In this document: piece after piece, positions 1 through 13,462 of the stretch
Position numbering within the stretch: position 1 is the first letter of the stretch
Layout of the letters: every line of letters starts with the position of its first letter
From: the human T2T-CHM13v2.0 reference genome, Homo sapiens
Length of the DNA stretch: 64,000 nucleotides
Assembly: GCF_009914755.1 (NCBI RefSeq)
Contig: NC_060936.1
Strand: one strand, 5' to 3'
Program-made: the position numbers and the translations under genes
Notes under the pieces: model-generated
Told to the model about the DNA's origin: nothing
Databases searched by the model: none
What the model saw: only the letters and a program-made list of their open reading frames with translations

Positions 1-3000
1 TTTTGAGCTTCTCTGTCATCTCAGTTGTAAAATGGAGTGTTTTTTAAAGGTTATGCCTCTATCTTTTTCATGAGTTTTTAAATTATTTAACTACAGGGAT
101 AGTTTTCATGTTCAGGATTGTATTCTCAGTGCTTTACACATTACTCCAAAAATGTTTTTAAAATGTGTTGTTTGATATTCCCCCTTGGAAAAACAACATT
201 TAATAGCATTTAAATATTTGCTGCTAATAATGACATAGGCATGAAAAGGGGAAGCCTCAAACCTTTATTAAATGTCAAGTTGTGTGAAGTGCTTTGCTGG
301 GCCCTAAACAAATGGAATTTCACATAAATTACAGAAACTTTTAACTTTATCTGATTATCTTTTTTATCCATGGAGCTCTTCATAATTTCTTAATTTTTTT
401 TTTTTTTTTAACATGCGGCTTGCTGTTCTGTTCTCCAATACAAACAGAATGAATTTGGAGAGCCAGGTAAACCTAAGTGCAAATCTTGACTATGTCCCTT
501 CTTAATGCAGCAATACGTCTTTGTGATTCATTGTCTCCTTCATAAAAAGAGAACTAATAAATTCTGTCTCAGAGGGTGGGTATTAATATAAAACACCTAA
601 AGGGGGGAGTAATAATTAAACATAATTATTAAATGGCACTAAAAATGTCTGCTAATGTTACTATTGTTATTATTTGTACAGAGCCTTCTTAAATAGTCTC
701 CAAATTATCTCCCTGAAATCTCCTCACTGAATCTTCTTACTGAAAAGTTATTTAGACTGAAGAATGAAATTATTAAATCCTTAGTTCCAGTCCTAGATCA
801 GGAACACCTTTGAAGGTAATGTGGACCTGAAATAGTCCATGTTAAATAACATGGATCTGAAACCCGGTCCTACCCATAGGACTGTGAGTATAAAGCATAA
901 AGCTGTGTATAGCTCCCAGATGGATGCAGAGTTTCTTCCAATGCAATATAGATCTTGTGATTAAGGTACAATTGTATTCAGTTCATTAATGCTTTCAGCA
1001 ATTTTAATATTGTCTACATTTAAGTTGTCTTAAAAGTACAGAGAGATGAGAAAACACTGTATTAAGTGAGCTAGAAGGTTTTTCTGAAGGAAATGCATAC
1101 TTTCATGTTCTTGTTTTGTGATAAGAAATACAAAGATTCATAAAATCTGGACCCTACTCTTAAAGAGCTCTTCCTTTATTCTGACATTGCTTGAAGAGTG
1201 GCATAAAATAATTTGGAGAGGGAATCTTTGTAGTGATAATATTGTTATAGCTTCAGAGAAGGTTTGAGATACTAAAAGAAGTGTTTGGAAGAGACAATTA
1301 GAAGAGATAAGTTGCCATATGCAATAGGATAAGAAAAGAGAAGCAGCCTAGGAAAGGGCTTTTAGTACAACTTGCCCTCAAGTCGGCTTTACAAAACCAA
1401 GTTTGGAATTGCATTTCAAAAACAACAACAAAAAGAAAAGTGCTATAGACATACATTGAGTGTTATGGAAAACTCAGTAAGATATAATATTCAATGCAAA
1501 ATGAATTATTTTACAATGATGGACAGAATCAATGATATAACCCTACTGATCCTACCTGTATATAAAAACTGATATAAATATAAATATATATGTGTGTATT
1601 GTTTTCTTAGAAGGGAATACATATCATTCCTTAATGTAGAAAGAGGACTAATGTTCAGATTGGGTGAGTTATTATCATTGTTGGAAGATAACAGATTTCT
1701 TCTTCATACAAAGCCATCAGTAATTTGAGAAACAAAATAATAATGAAGGGAAAAAAATCCCACTTTCACATAGATAAAAGTCCATATGGGGGAAGTTGTT
1801 GAATATGAGGCTCAAATACATCTGCTAAGTGAATCTCAGAACCAGCTTACTCACAGGTAAATCCCATCCCCATTCCAGCCCCTTTCCACCTGCAGGAGGA
1901 ATCACCCTGGGAACCTGTGAACAGCCTGTTCCTTGAAGATGGAAAGACCCAAAGAGGAAAGAGGAGGGTAGAATTAAGCTAAACATGCCATTCATTCCAG
2001 CCATATTTATCCATACAGACCACTTTGTCTTTTCAAGAGCAGAACGAGTAAAGAAGAAAATAGAATCAGTGTTGCCCCTAGAGGAAAATCTCTTCTCATG
2101 TAGCCAAGTATAAGGAAAAGTTCCTCTCTAACTGTCTTTTGATAGCTATCTGTAACATTTTAATTTTTTAGCAAGTGCAGATTTTACTTTTATTATAAAG
2201 TAGTGGAATATTATTTAAAGTCTATTCTTACTCTGAAATTTTAAAACCTTGAATAACAATTAGAACTTTCTGGAAATGGAAGAAACTGCCTTATGATTTC
2301 TTCTTTCATTTAACTACTATAGGCCACAAATGACTTCAGTTATTGAAGATACAGGGCTCCCTGGCCATTCTGAGTAGATTCCATTGTGTGGGGAGAATGA
2401 AGGCAGAGAAGCAAAAATTGAGTTTCCCATCATTAGAGCTGTTATAGAACCAGAAATCTAATGACCCATAAATGGAAGATTTGGGTAGAGTAAGATATCC
2501 AACCTGAAAATCATCTACAATCTGAGGCCTGGATGAAAGGGAAGCCTATAATGGCACATGTAGCCTGGGCTGGGAGGCAGAAGGTGATGGGTTACAGACT
2601 AAGTGCGCTGAAGAAATAGAGGCGGTGTACCCACTGCAGCAGTTATTCCTACTAGGAGTATAGTTGCTGAATCATAATGGTAGAAATATATGCATCTGTG
2701 GTAATGAAACATGTTTAGAAAGCTGATTTATATTTAAAATGTTAATAAATTCAGTTTAATTAAGGGTAGAATTGGAGGAGCCTTGTGGATTCCCATCACT
2801 TACTGAGAGTTTCTACCACTGGCCAGAGACTATGCTTAAACACTCTCAGATCCAAAATGAATAGGCAGAATTGCTGCCCACAGAAGCACATAATCTCTTG
2901 GGAGAAAACATAATTATATGAATAACCATGATACAACAATGTTTTTAATAACTCAATTTAAGTTGTATTGCAAACACTTGTTTACATAGTGGCCTTCCCT

Positions 3001-4899
3001 AATAAGTTGAGACCTCTTTGAGGGAGGATCCCTTCATACTCCCAGTGCTGGCAAGAGTTTGGCAGGCAGGAGGTAGTCAATGTTTATTGAATAAATGGTC
3101 CAATGATTAACGAGACTTGAAATAAGGAGTTCCATTCAGAAAAAAAGGATAATATGTGGGATAGTGTGAAAGAGCAAAGGCTTAAATTAGTTGGGAGAAT
3201 TTGATCTAGCTCTTGGAAAAATGATGAATTTTCTGACAGAGATCCATAGGAAAATGAAATGCAATCAAAACATTTGTGAGTATTGGACCTGACCTCTTTT
3301 GGTGCTGTAGTTCACTATTAATAATGCTGAAATGACAGCAAGGGAGATGGCAAACACAATGAAAAGGACAGAAAATATCAGTGACAAATATGCCCTCAGC
3401 CTCCCTACAGAGAATGTGAGAAAAATATGTTTAAGCAGTTCTATGGCATGAGAAAATAACATGAGGTTATAAATCTTAAAAGTTTGGGTGCGATTGTAAA
3501 AGAAAAAGTAAATCAAAACACAATATTTTGTGTAAATAAAAATGGTATTTTTCTTAATTTTGCAAAAAAGTGTAAGTGGTAATAAAGTATAGATAATGAA
3601 TATATGAGCATTGCAGTCATAAATCTGATGTAGAAAATGACTCCTTAAGGGTTAAATTTGTGATTTGGAGTACTAGAAAAAGTAAAACCTGCAGAATACA
3701 GAGGAAATATCTGCTAATAGTAAAGAGAGGAAAAAGAAAGAAAAAGAAATAATAAGTTGAGGATACCTTATGGAATAACGAAGATCATGAGTTCCAGATG
3801 TGTGCTATATTGTTTCCATGGGCCAAGAATAAGGGATTTTTGTATTGACTTAGAAATTCTAACAATTTCTCCTGGGTTTGCTCCTGAAAAGGAAATAGAG
3901 GAAATTAGATGAACAGAAAACATTTCAGTATTTGTCTGTTCATTTATTTAGGTTTTAAGAAAAATCTAGGCTACAATGAAAAAAAAGTCCAAATAACAAA
4001 GGAAGTTTTAGCACCCTGAGTCAATATTCATGTGGTCAATTTATATGAAATACTTTGGTTTTTGCTTTTTGACCTCCAGAATTCCAGTAATTTTTTATGT
4101 CTCTTATTTCAGCAGCCCAAATCTATGGATGTATCATTAAGTGTCACTTTCTAAAATCTTAAACTGTAATTCAGATTCTGATCACCTATTTCTCTTTCCC
4201 TGGAAATCCTCCTTCTTCATTCTTCCCATAGCTATTTCTCTACCTCATGAAATTCTCCAACACTTAGTCACCCCACTGTCTTCTTGTCCACCTCTTCTTC
4301 ATATCTTGACTTCCATTTCTTCATCTAAACTACGCTATGTGATAGGGGGCTCATCTGTCTTTGAATTTGGTAAAAATGACAACTCTGATTTAGTTTAATG
4401 TTACATTCACTTCAGTTCAAGTAGACCAGAAACAACAGACTCTTCACCAGATAAGAATGTAAGGTGACTGAATGGCCACAGCTTCCTAGAACATTTTTGA
4501 ATCCTCTTGAGTTGCATCTGAAGTTAGGAAGCTTGCTAGGATTGAGGAACCCTCCAAGTCAAGGAACAAAGAATCCATAACTTTTTCCCTTTCATATTAT
4601 TATGCTAGAGATGGGGTCACTTGGCACCCAAGTGTCTGCTTAATACAATCTAAGGAAAGCTTTTTGCTGTGGTGCTTTCCCTTACTTTGTTTTTCTGCTT
4701 GTTTTTAGCCTGTATCATATATTTCAGTATTTTGCAAATTCTGAATGCCTTCTATTACTTGTCTTTTGTGCTAGCTCATTCCTCAGTAGCACGTTTTCTA
4801 AATCAGCTGGGCCACAGTGCTATTTGTTAATTTTTGAATAGATCCTAATCCCCTCCTCACTTTCTCAATACGGCTATTCCAAAACATTTATAACCCTTA

Positions 4900-5935
<1,036 letters not shown>

Positions 5936-5959
5936 GTTTATATTCTTAATAAATTTGTC

Positions 5960-6266
5960 AGCCAGAAGTGTGGCTCATGCCCATAATTCCGGTACTTTGG
6001 GAGGCCAAGGTGGGAGGATTGCTTGAATGCAGGAGTTTGAGACTATCCTGGTCAATATAGTGAGACCATGTCTCTATAAAAAAATAACAATAATAATTAG
6101 TCACATATGGTGGTGCACTCCTATAGTCCCAGCTACTCAGAAGGCTGAGACAGGAGGATCACTTGAGTCTGGGAGGTCAAGGCTGCAGGCTGTAGTGAAA
6201 TACGACCATGCCACTACACTCCACCCTGGTGAAACAGTGACACCTTGTCTCAAAAATAAAATAAAA
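5960..6266 (+). mobile_element. Alu SINE (AluJ-like)
   Basis: Diverged Alu dimer with (AAAAT)n tail; TSD TAATAAATTTGT at 5947-5958 and 6267-6278. Confidence 0.93.
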
Positions 6267-6309
6267 TAATAAATTTGTTATTAAATTTCTTGTTTTGTAA
6301 GTGAAGTTA

Positions 6310-7432
6310 TAGAGTCTTACCCTTTATCTCTAGCTTTATCTCTAGACCAAATATTCCCTGTCATGCCCTTGATTTGATCTTGAAATAATTTCCTATGTGT
6401 AATATTATTTGCCATCTGGAGAATCTTCAAAATTATCAAATCCTGGTTCCTTGTTAACAAGCCACACTTTAGCTTATCTCTCTCCTTTCAAAATTTACCG
6501 TACAGAGCAAGAAGAAATCTGGTACACCTTCACCTCTCTGCTTGGAAATAATCCTTAGCAAAAGCACTTAGGTACATTTTCTACTTTCCACATTACCACA
6601 GGAAAAAAATGTCATTAAACTTTCCACCACTGGTTAGCAGGACTCCCTTTCTAACAGTATCTTTCCAATAATGTTCTTCTCACTTTCTTTAACCCATTAT
6701 TGGCAGCCTCCTCAAAAGCCATCAGATTTCTACTCACAAGCTTTTCAATAGTCTCTGGGGTTTCACAAACATTTTCCCCAAAGTCCTGCTAGCTTATACC
6801 TATCACCTCATTGTAAAGTCATTCCAACATTGTAGGTTCTGTTATGGCAGCACTCTTTCCTAGTGCCAATATCTGTATTAGTTAGCTATTACTGCATAAC
6901 CACTTACTTCCAAAGTTTAGCAGCTTAAAAAATGCATTTTCTCATAGTTTTTGTGGGTCAGAAATCTGGTAGTGCCTTAGTTTGGTGGCTCTGACTCAGT
7001 TCTTATAAGATTGTAATAAAAATATCAATTTGAGCTGCAGTAAACTGAAAGTTCATCCAGTGCTGGAGGGTCTGCTTCCAATATGGTTTACTCATGTGAC
7101 ATTATGCTTAGCAAAAAAACCTCAGTTTCTTGCTGGCTAGGGCAAGAAGCCTTAGTTCCTTGACACATGAACCTCTCCATAGGGCTGCTTGAGTATTCTC
7201 ATGACATGGCGGAGGCTTTTCTCAGAGAAAACGTTCAAGAGAACAGAAATGGAAGACACCACATGCTTTCTATGTTCTAATTTCAGAGTCACATATTGTC
7301 ATATCTGCTGACATTCTCAATTCATTAGAAGTGAGTTATTAAGTACAGTCTGCATTCAAGGGAAGAGAAATGTTCTGCTTTTTGAAGGGAAGAATATCAA
7401 ATAATTTGTGGCCATATTTTAAAATTGCCACA
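6310..7432 (-). mobile_element. MLT1 (ERVL-MaLR) LTR (6874-7432) plus adjoining internal sequence (about 6310-6873)
   Basis: TGTATTAGTTAGCTATT...AAAATTGCCACA LTR ends on the minus strand; adjacent reverse complement GATATTGGCACTAGGAAAGAGTGCTGC resembles the MaLR internal 5' start. Confidence 0.75.
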
Positions 7433-7495
7433 TATATATATTTACCTCAGTATCTATTCCTATGTCTATCTGTCTATGTATCAATCTATCAATCC

Positions 7496-7496
<1 letters not shown>

Positions 7497-7542
<46 letters not shown>
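7497..7542. repeat. (TCTA)11 / GATA tetranucleotide microsatellite with degenerate 5' flank
   Basis: Eleven perfect TCTA units read directly. Confidence 0.97.
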
Positions 7543-7910
7543 AGTCTTAAAAACTATGAGTTTATACTAAAATCTCAAATTCCAATTTAAGAGCATAGGA
7601 TTAATTTTAGCTTTTCTTTCTTTTTGTAATTTCAATATCCAGTACTTAGAAAATTTTTATATATTATTCACAATATGTTTTTTCTCAATTCTAGAATACA
7701 TGTAAACCTATTTTAAGATTGCTAACTCATGTTCCTGTGAAAAGCCAATGTACTAACTGGAGTGCAATATTTGTGTTCAGTTCTCTTTGTCTTTAGCCTT
7801 ACAGTATGTAGTCAAAGCAAAGTTTTCCAAATGTATTTAAGTTAATATTTTTCTAGGACAACTTACTGTGTGTTGATGTTATTCATTTTCAGTATAGTTA
7901 GGTTCATGTG

Positions 7911-10212
7911 TGTATTAGTCAATTTTCATGTTACTGATAAAGGCATACTCGAGACTGGGTAATTTATTAAAAAAAAAAAGAGGTTTAATGGACTCACAGC
8001 TCCATGTGGCTGGGGAGCCCTCACAATCATGGCGGAAGGAAAAAGGCACATCTTACACAGCAGCAGACAAAGAAAGAATGACAACCAAGTGAAAGGGGTT
8101 TCTTCTTATAAAACCATCAGATCTCATGAGACTTATTCACTACCACAAGAACAGTATGGGGAAAACCATCCAAATGATTCAATTATCTCCCACTGGGTCC
8201 CTCCGCAACACATGGAAATTATGGGAGCTACAGTTCAAGGTAGATTTGGGTGGGGAAAGAGTCAAACCATATCATTCCACCCCTGGTTCCTCCTAGATCT
8301 CATTTCCTCACATTTCAAAACCAATCATGCCTTCCCAACAGTCCCCCAAAGTCTTAACTCATTTTAGCATTAACTCAAAAGTCCACAGTCCAAAGTCTTA
8401 TCCAAGACAAAGCAAGTCTCTTCTGCCTATGAGCCTGTAAAATCAAAAGCAAGTTAGTTACTTCCTAGGTACAGTGAGGACACAGGCATTGGATAAATAC
8501 ACTCATTCCAAATGGGAGACTTGGGCCAAAACCAGGAGGCTAAAGGCCCCATGCAAGTCTGAAATCCAGTGGGGCAGTCAAATCTTAAAGCTCCAAAATG
8601 ATCTCCTTTGACTCCATGTTTCACATCCAAGTGACACTGATGTAAGGGGTGGGTTCCCACGGTCCTGGGCAACTCTGCCCTATGGCTTTACAGGGTACAG
8701 CCTCCCTCCTGGCTGCCTTCACTGGCTGGTGTTGATGTCTGTGGCTTTTCCAGGTACATGGTGCAAGCTGTCAGTGGATCTGCCATCTGGGGTCTGGAGG
8801 ATGGTGACCCTCTTCCCACAGCTCCACTAGGTTCTATCCCAGTAGGGACTCTGTGTGTGGGCTCCAACTCCACATTTTTCTTCTGAACTGCCCTAGCAGA
8901 GGTTCTCCATGAGGGCCCTGCCCTTGCAGCAAACTTCTGCCTGGACATCCAGGCATTTCCATACATCCTCTGAGATCTAGGCAGAGGTTCTCAAACCTCA
9001 ATTCTTAACTTCTGTGCACCCTTCAGATTCAATACCATGTGGAACCTGTCAAGGCTTGGCACATGCACCCCCTGAAGCCACAGCCAAGCTGTACCTTGTC
9101 CCCTTTTAGCCATGGCTAGAGCATCTGGGACACAGGGCACCAAGTCCCTAGGCTGCAGACAGCACGAGGGCCCTGGGCCCCAGCTCACAAAATCATTTTT
9201 TTCTCCTAGGCCTCTGGGCCTGTGATGGGAGGGGCTGCCACAAAGTCTCTGACATGCCCTGAAGACATTTTCCTCATTGTCTTGGTGATTAACATTTGGC
9301 TCCTCATTACTTATGTGAATTTCTGCAGCTGACTTGAATTTCTCCTTAGAAAATGGGTTTTTGTTTTCTATCACATCACCAGGCTGCATGTTTTCCAAAC
9401 TTTTACACTCTGTTTCCCTTTTAAAACTGAATGCTTTTAATAGCATCCAAATCACATCTTTAATGCTTTGCTGCTTAGAAATTTCTTCTGCCGGATACCC
9501 TAAATCATTCCCCTCAAGTTCAAAGTTCCACAAATCTCCAGAGAAGAGGCAAAATGCTGCCAGTCTCTTTGCTAAAACATAGCAAGTGTAACCTTTACTC
9601 TAGTTCCCAACAAGTTTCTCATGTCCGTCTGAGACCACCTCAGTCTAGATTTCATTGTCTATATCATTATCAGCATTTCAGCCAAAGCCACTCAACAAGT
9701 CTCTAGGAAGTTCCAAACTTTCCCACATTTTCCTGTCTTCTTCTGAGCCCTCCAAACTGTTCCAACCTCTCTGTTACCCAGTTCCAAAATTGCTTCCACA
9801 TTTTCGGGTTTCTTTACAGCAGCACCCCACTCTACCAGCACCAATTTACTGTATTAGCTTATGTCCATGCTGCTGATAAAGATGTACCCAAGACTGGGTA
9901 ATTTATAAAGAAAAAGAGGGTTAATGGATTCAGAGTTCCATGTGGCTGAAGAAGCCTCACAATCATAGTGGAAGGTGAAAGGCATATCTTACATGGCAGC
10001 AGGCAAAGAGAGAATGACAACCAAGTGAAAGGGGTTTCCCCTTATAAAACCATCAGATCTGGTGAGACTTATTCACTACCACAAGAACAGTATGGGGAAA
10101 ACCACCCCCATGATTCAATTATCACCCACTGGGTCCCTCCCACAACATGTGGGAATTATGGGAGCTACAATTCAAGATGAGATTTGGGTGGTAACACAGC
10201 CAAACCATATCA
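7911..10212 (-). mobile_element. THE1B-type MaLR provirus: LTR 7911-8274, internal 8275-9849, LTR 9850-10212
   Basis: Two ~364-bp direct LTRs TGTATTAG...CAAACCATATCA; internal ORF remnant LWNFELE..LGY.AEEISKQQS typical of THE1-int (8991-9533); 5-bp TSD ATGTG/ATGCA. Confidence 0.95.
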
Positions 10213-11610
10213 ATGCATTACTGTTTTTATTTCATTTTGGTTGGCTCCCACATTTTCAATGATGATGATGATTGTTACTTTGGGGAGTAAGTGAACTATC
10301 ATCATAATTCTAAAATTCAGAACTATACAAAAAGGTGAATGCAGAGCACATCTCCTTGAGCCCCTTTAACTTGTTCCTATGTCATTGTTCTTTTCACCCA
10401 ATTCCTACCCACCAATCTCAATAGTTCTTAGTTTTTTTCTGTATTTCTTTCTGCATAGGTTAGCAGATACATGTATATTTGTATTTCTTATTTCTTATAT
10501 AAGTGTAGCATAACAATTTGCACTTTCCTTTTCAACTTAAAAATGAAGCATGTAAATCACTCCTCATGAATTCGTAGGGATATTCCTCATTTTTGTTTTA
10601 CAACTGCATAATATTCCATTTTGGAATGTACCATAATTTTTGGAATCACTTTTGTATTTCAGAGGTTGTTTACATTATTTTGAAATTACACACATTGCAT
10701 CAACAAATACTCTTGTACATATATATATTTTTATATTGTTGGAGACATATTCTTAAAAATAAGGATGGTATGTCTAAAGCTAACTGCATATGTAGTTTTG
10801 TTTGATGTTGCCAGATTTTCCTCCAGAAGATTTGTGCCAGTGAGCATTCTCACTAGCAATGTATGAGACTGCCTTTTTCCCCAAGGTCTAAGCAACAGAA
10901 TATGTTGCCATGCCATACATTTTAATTTTCAAGTTATTAATGAGAAGTCACATTTCAGTGTTGTCTCATTTGTATTTTTCTAATTTTGAGTGATTTTAAA
11001 CATACTTAATGTGGCTATGGGACTTTTTTTTTTTTTTTCTGAGACGGAGTCTTGCTGTGTCGTCCAGGCTGGAGTGCAGTGGTGCCATTTCAGCTCACTG
11101 CAAGCTCTGCCTCGGCTATGGGACATTTTTATATCTTCTAATAATTATCTGTTCATGCCCTGTCCCCTTTTTTTTTAAACAAGCTTTGGTGTTTTTCAAT
11201 CCTCAATTTGAAAGCATTCTTTACATACTAGGAATATTAGTAATTTTTATTTAATATAGGTTGCAAGTATTTTTTCCCAGCTTGTCAAAATAACTTTTTT
11301 AATAGTTTTGTGTCCCTGCAATTTTGAGATATTTTTGTAGTCAAATTTGTCATTTTCTTTTATTGTCTCTGGATTTTGTGTCATAGTTAGAGAGGTTTTC
11401 CCTAAATTGATATTTAAAAATAATTCACCTATGTTTTCTTCTAGTATGATTTTTTTTTAACATTTAGTTCCCTAATTCACTTGGAGTTTATTCTTGTGTG
11501 TGGTCTGAGGTATGAAGGATCTAATTTTATCTTATTCCAAATGTATAGTTGTCCCTACATCATGTATTAAAGATTCTCTCTTGTTGCAGTGATTTGAGGG
11601 AAAATTTTTG
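10213..11610 (-). mobile_element. Old L1M fragments (continuing the 7545-7910 flank), interrupted by THE1B and a truncated Alu
   Basis: T-rich antisense L1 3'/ORF2-like text, e.g. TGCCAGATTTTCCTCCAGAAG..CACTAGCAATGTATGAGA and GAGTTTATTCTTGTGTGTGG. Confidence 0.65.
11024..11113 (-). mobile_element. 5'-truncated AluY-like insertion (~73 bp body plus poly(A))
   Basis: T-run then GAGACGGAGTCTTGC...CTGCAAGCTCTGCCTC (CAAGCT is AluY-type); perfect TSD GGCTATGGGAC at 11013-11023 and 11114-11124. Confidence 0.9.
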
Positions 11611-11841
11611 AATAACATACAATTAAGGATGTTTGGGGGAATATAAGATTGAATCATTCAGAAGGAGAATATAAACATTATAATAGTGGTTATTATTTGT
11701 TGTGCCGGGTACTGTTTAGTATACTTATACATATAATCTCACTCAATCTTTATACCATCCATAATTGTTCATCCATTTTATAGATGAATACAATGAGTCA
11801 CAGAATGATGAAATAACTTTTTCAGGGTCATGAAATAAATA

Positions 11842-12180
11842 CAAACATAACTCAGAGAAATTGCACATTTTGTTCCAGACCACTGCAATAAAGCAAATAT
11901 TACAATAAAGCAAGTCACACAAATTTTTTGTTTTCCAGTGCATGTAAAAGTTATGTTTACACTATACTGTAGTCTATTAGGTGTGCAGTAGCATTATATC
12001 TAAAAAATGTATACAATTTAATTTAGAAATATTTTATTGCTAAAAATTTCTAACAAAGTGAGCACTTGCTATTCGAAAAATGGCTCCCACAGACTTGCCT
12101 GAGGCAAAGTTGCCAAAAACCTTTAGAAATATGTAAAAAGTTCAGTATCTGCAAAAGCTCAATAAAATGGGGTAGGCCTG
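11842..12180 (-). mobile_element. Internally deleted Tigger1-type (TcMar-Tigger) DNA transposon inserted in a MIR
   Basis: Both Tigger1 termini (CAAACATAACTCAGAGAAATTGC..GTTCCAGACCACTGCAATAAAGC and ..AATAAAATGGGGTAGGCCTG) flanked by TA on each side. Confidence 0.8.
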
Positions 12181-12289
12181 TATGTGGTGAAGGCAGAATC
12201 TGTATTATGTTGATTTGTATTCACATTTTGTGCTTGGCACCACTGTAGTTACATTTTTTTTAGGAGCATGGTGGAAGCATGGCAAAAAT

Positions 12290-12440
12290 TAATGCTTATC
12301 AAATTTTAATATGCAAATAAAGTCCCTGAGATCTTATAAAAATGCAAATTCTGATTCAATGCATCTGTTATGGGACCTGATATTCTGCCTTTTTAATAAA
12401 CTCCCAGATTATTCTTACACTGTTCATCTATAGCATTAAT
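12290..12440. mobile_element. MER5A-like hAT-Charlie element
   Basis: AAAAATGCAAATTCTGATTC..TTCTGCCTTTTTAATAAACTCCCAG matches the MER5A pattern. Confidence 0.65.
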
Positions 12441-12712
12441 GATAAGCTGCATTGTCCAAGCAGATTAGAGAAGCTAATAAAACCAAACAATGAAAGTTAA
12501 TCAACCCCAAAAAGGGTTAAAAATAAAATTAGATTAAGAATATAGAGATTATATGTAAATTGATTCCAAAATCTGTACAAGCCAAATTTTAAAACGAGGT
12601 GTCTCAAACTTTTAGAAAGATGTTTTGCTACTGGAAGCAGGATTGGAGGAGTGAAAATGAATGAGATTTCATTCCTATCTATAAATATATATTTTGTTGG
12701 CTTTACTGGTCA

Positions 12713-13031
<319 letters not shown>

Positions 13032-13462
13032 CTTGTATATGTTTTTAAAATAATTTAGCATTGTTATTTCTTAGAAGCTGGAATTTACAATGAATATAAA
13101 CATAGGCTGGACATTAGGCATCTGGGGAACAAATGGTATAGTCAGAAAAGGAGATGTCAGCATTTAAGATCTTAAAGATTGAATGTGAATGATTTCAAAG
13201 TGCCACAATGTATGTAAGGATTTGATATAACATGGGGAGGAAGTTCCTGAAATTGCAAAACTCAAGAAATTTCCAGACCTAGGAACTGTAAGGTCTTCAG
13301 TATAAATGTTAAGTAGCTAATAATTAATGCAGTAAATACAAAGAATGGCCCGAAGCCAAAGGCTCAGAGAAAGGCAGAGGAATGTCATCTTTCAAATAGG
13401 TAGATACAGCTAAGGAGAACCAAGACAATGACAAAAAGGGAAAAACACATAATTTCTGTTAG

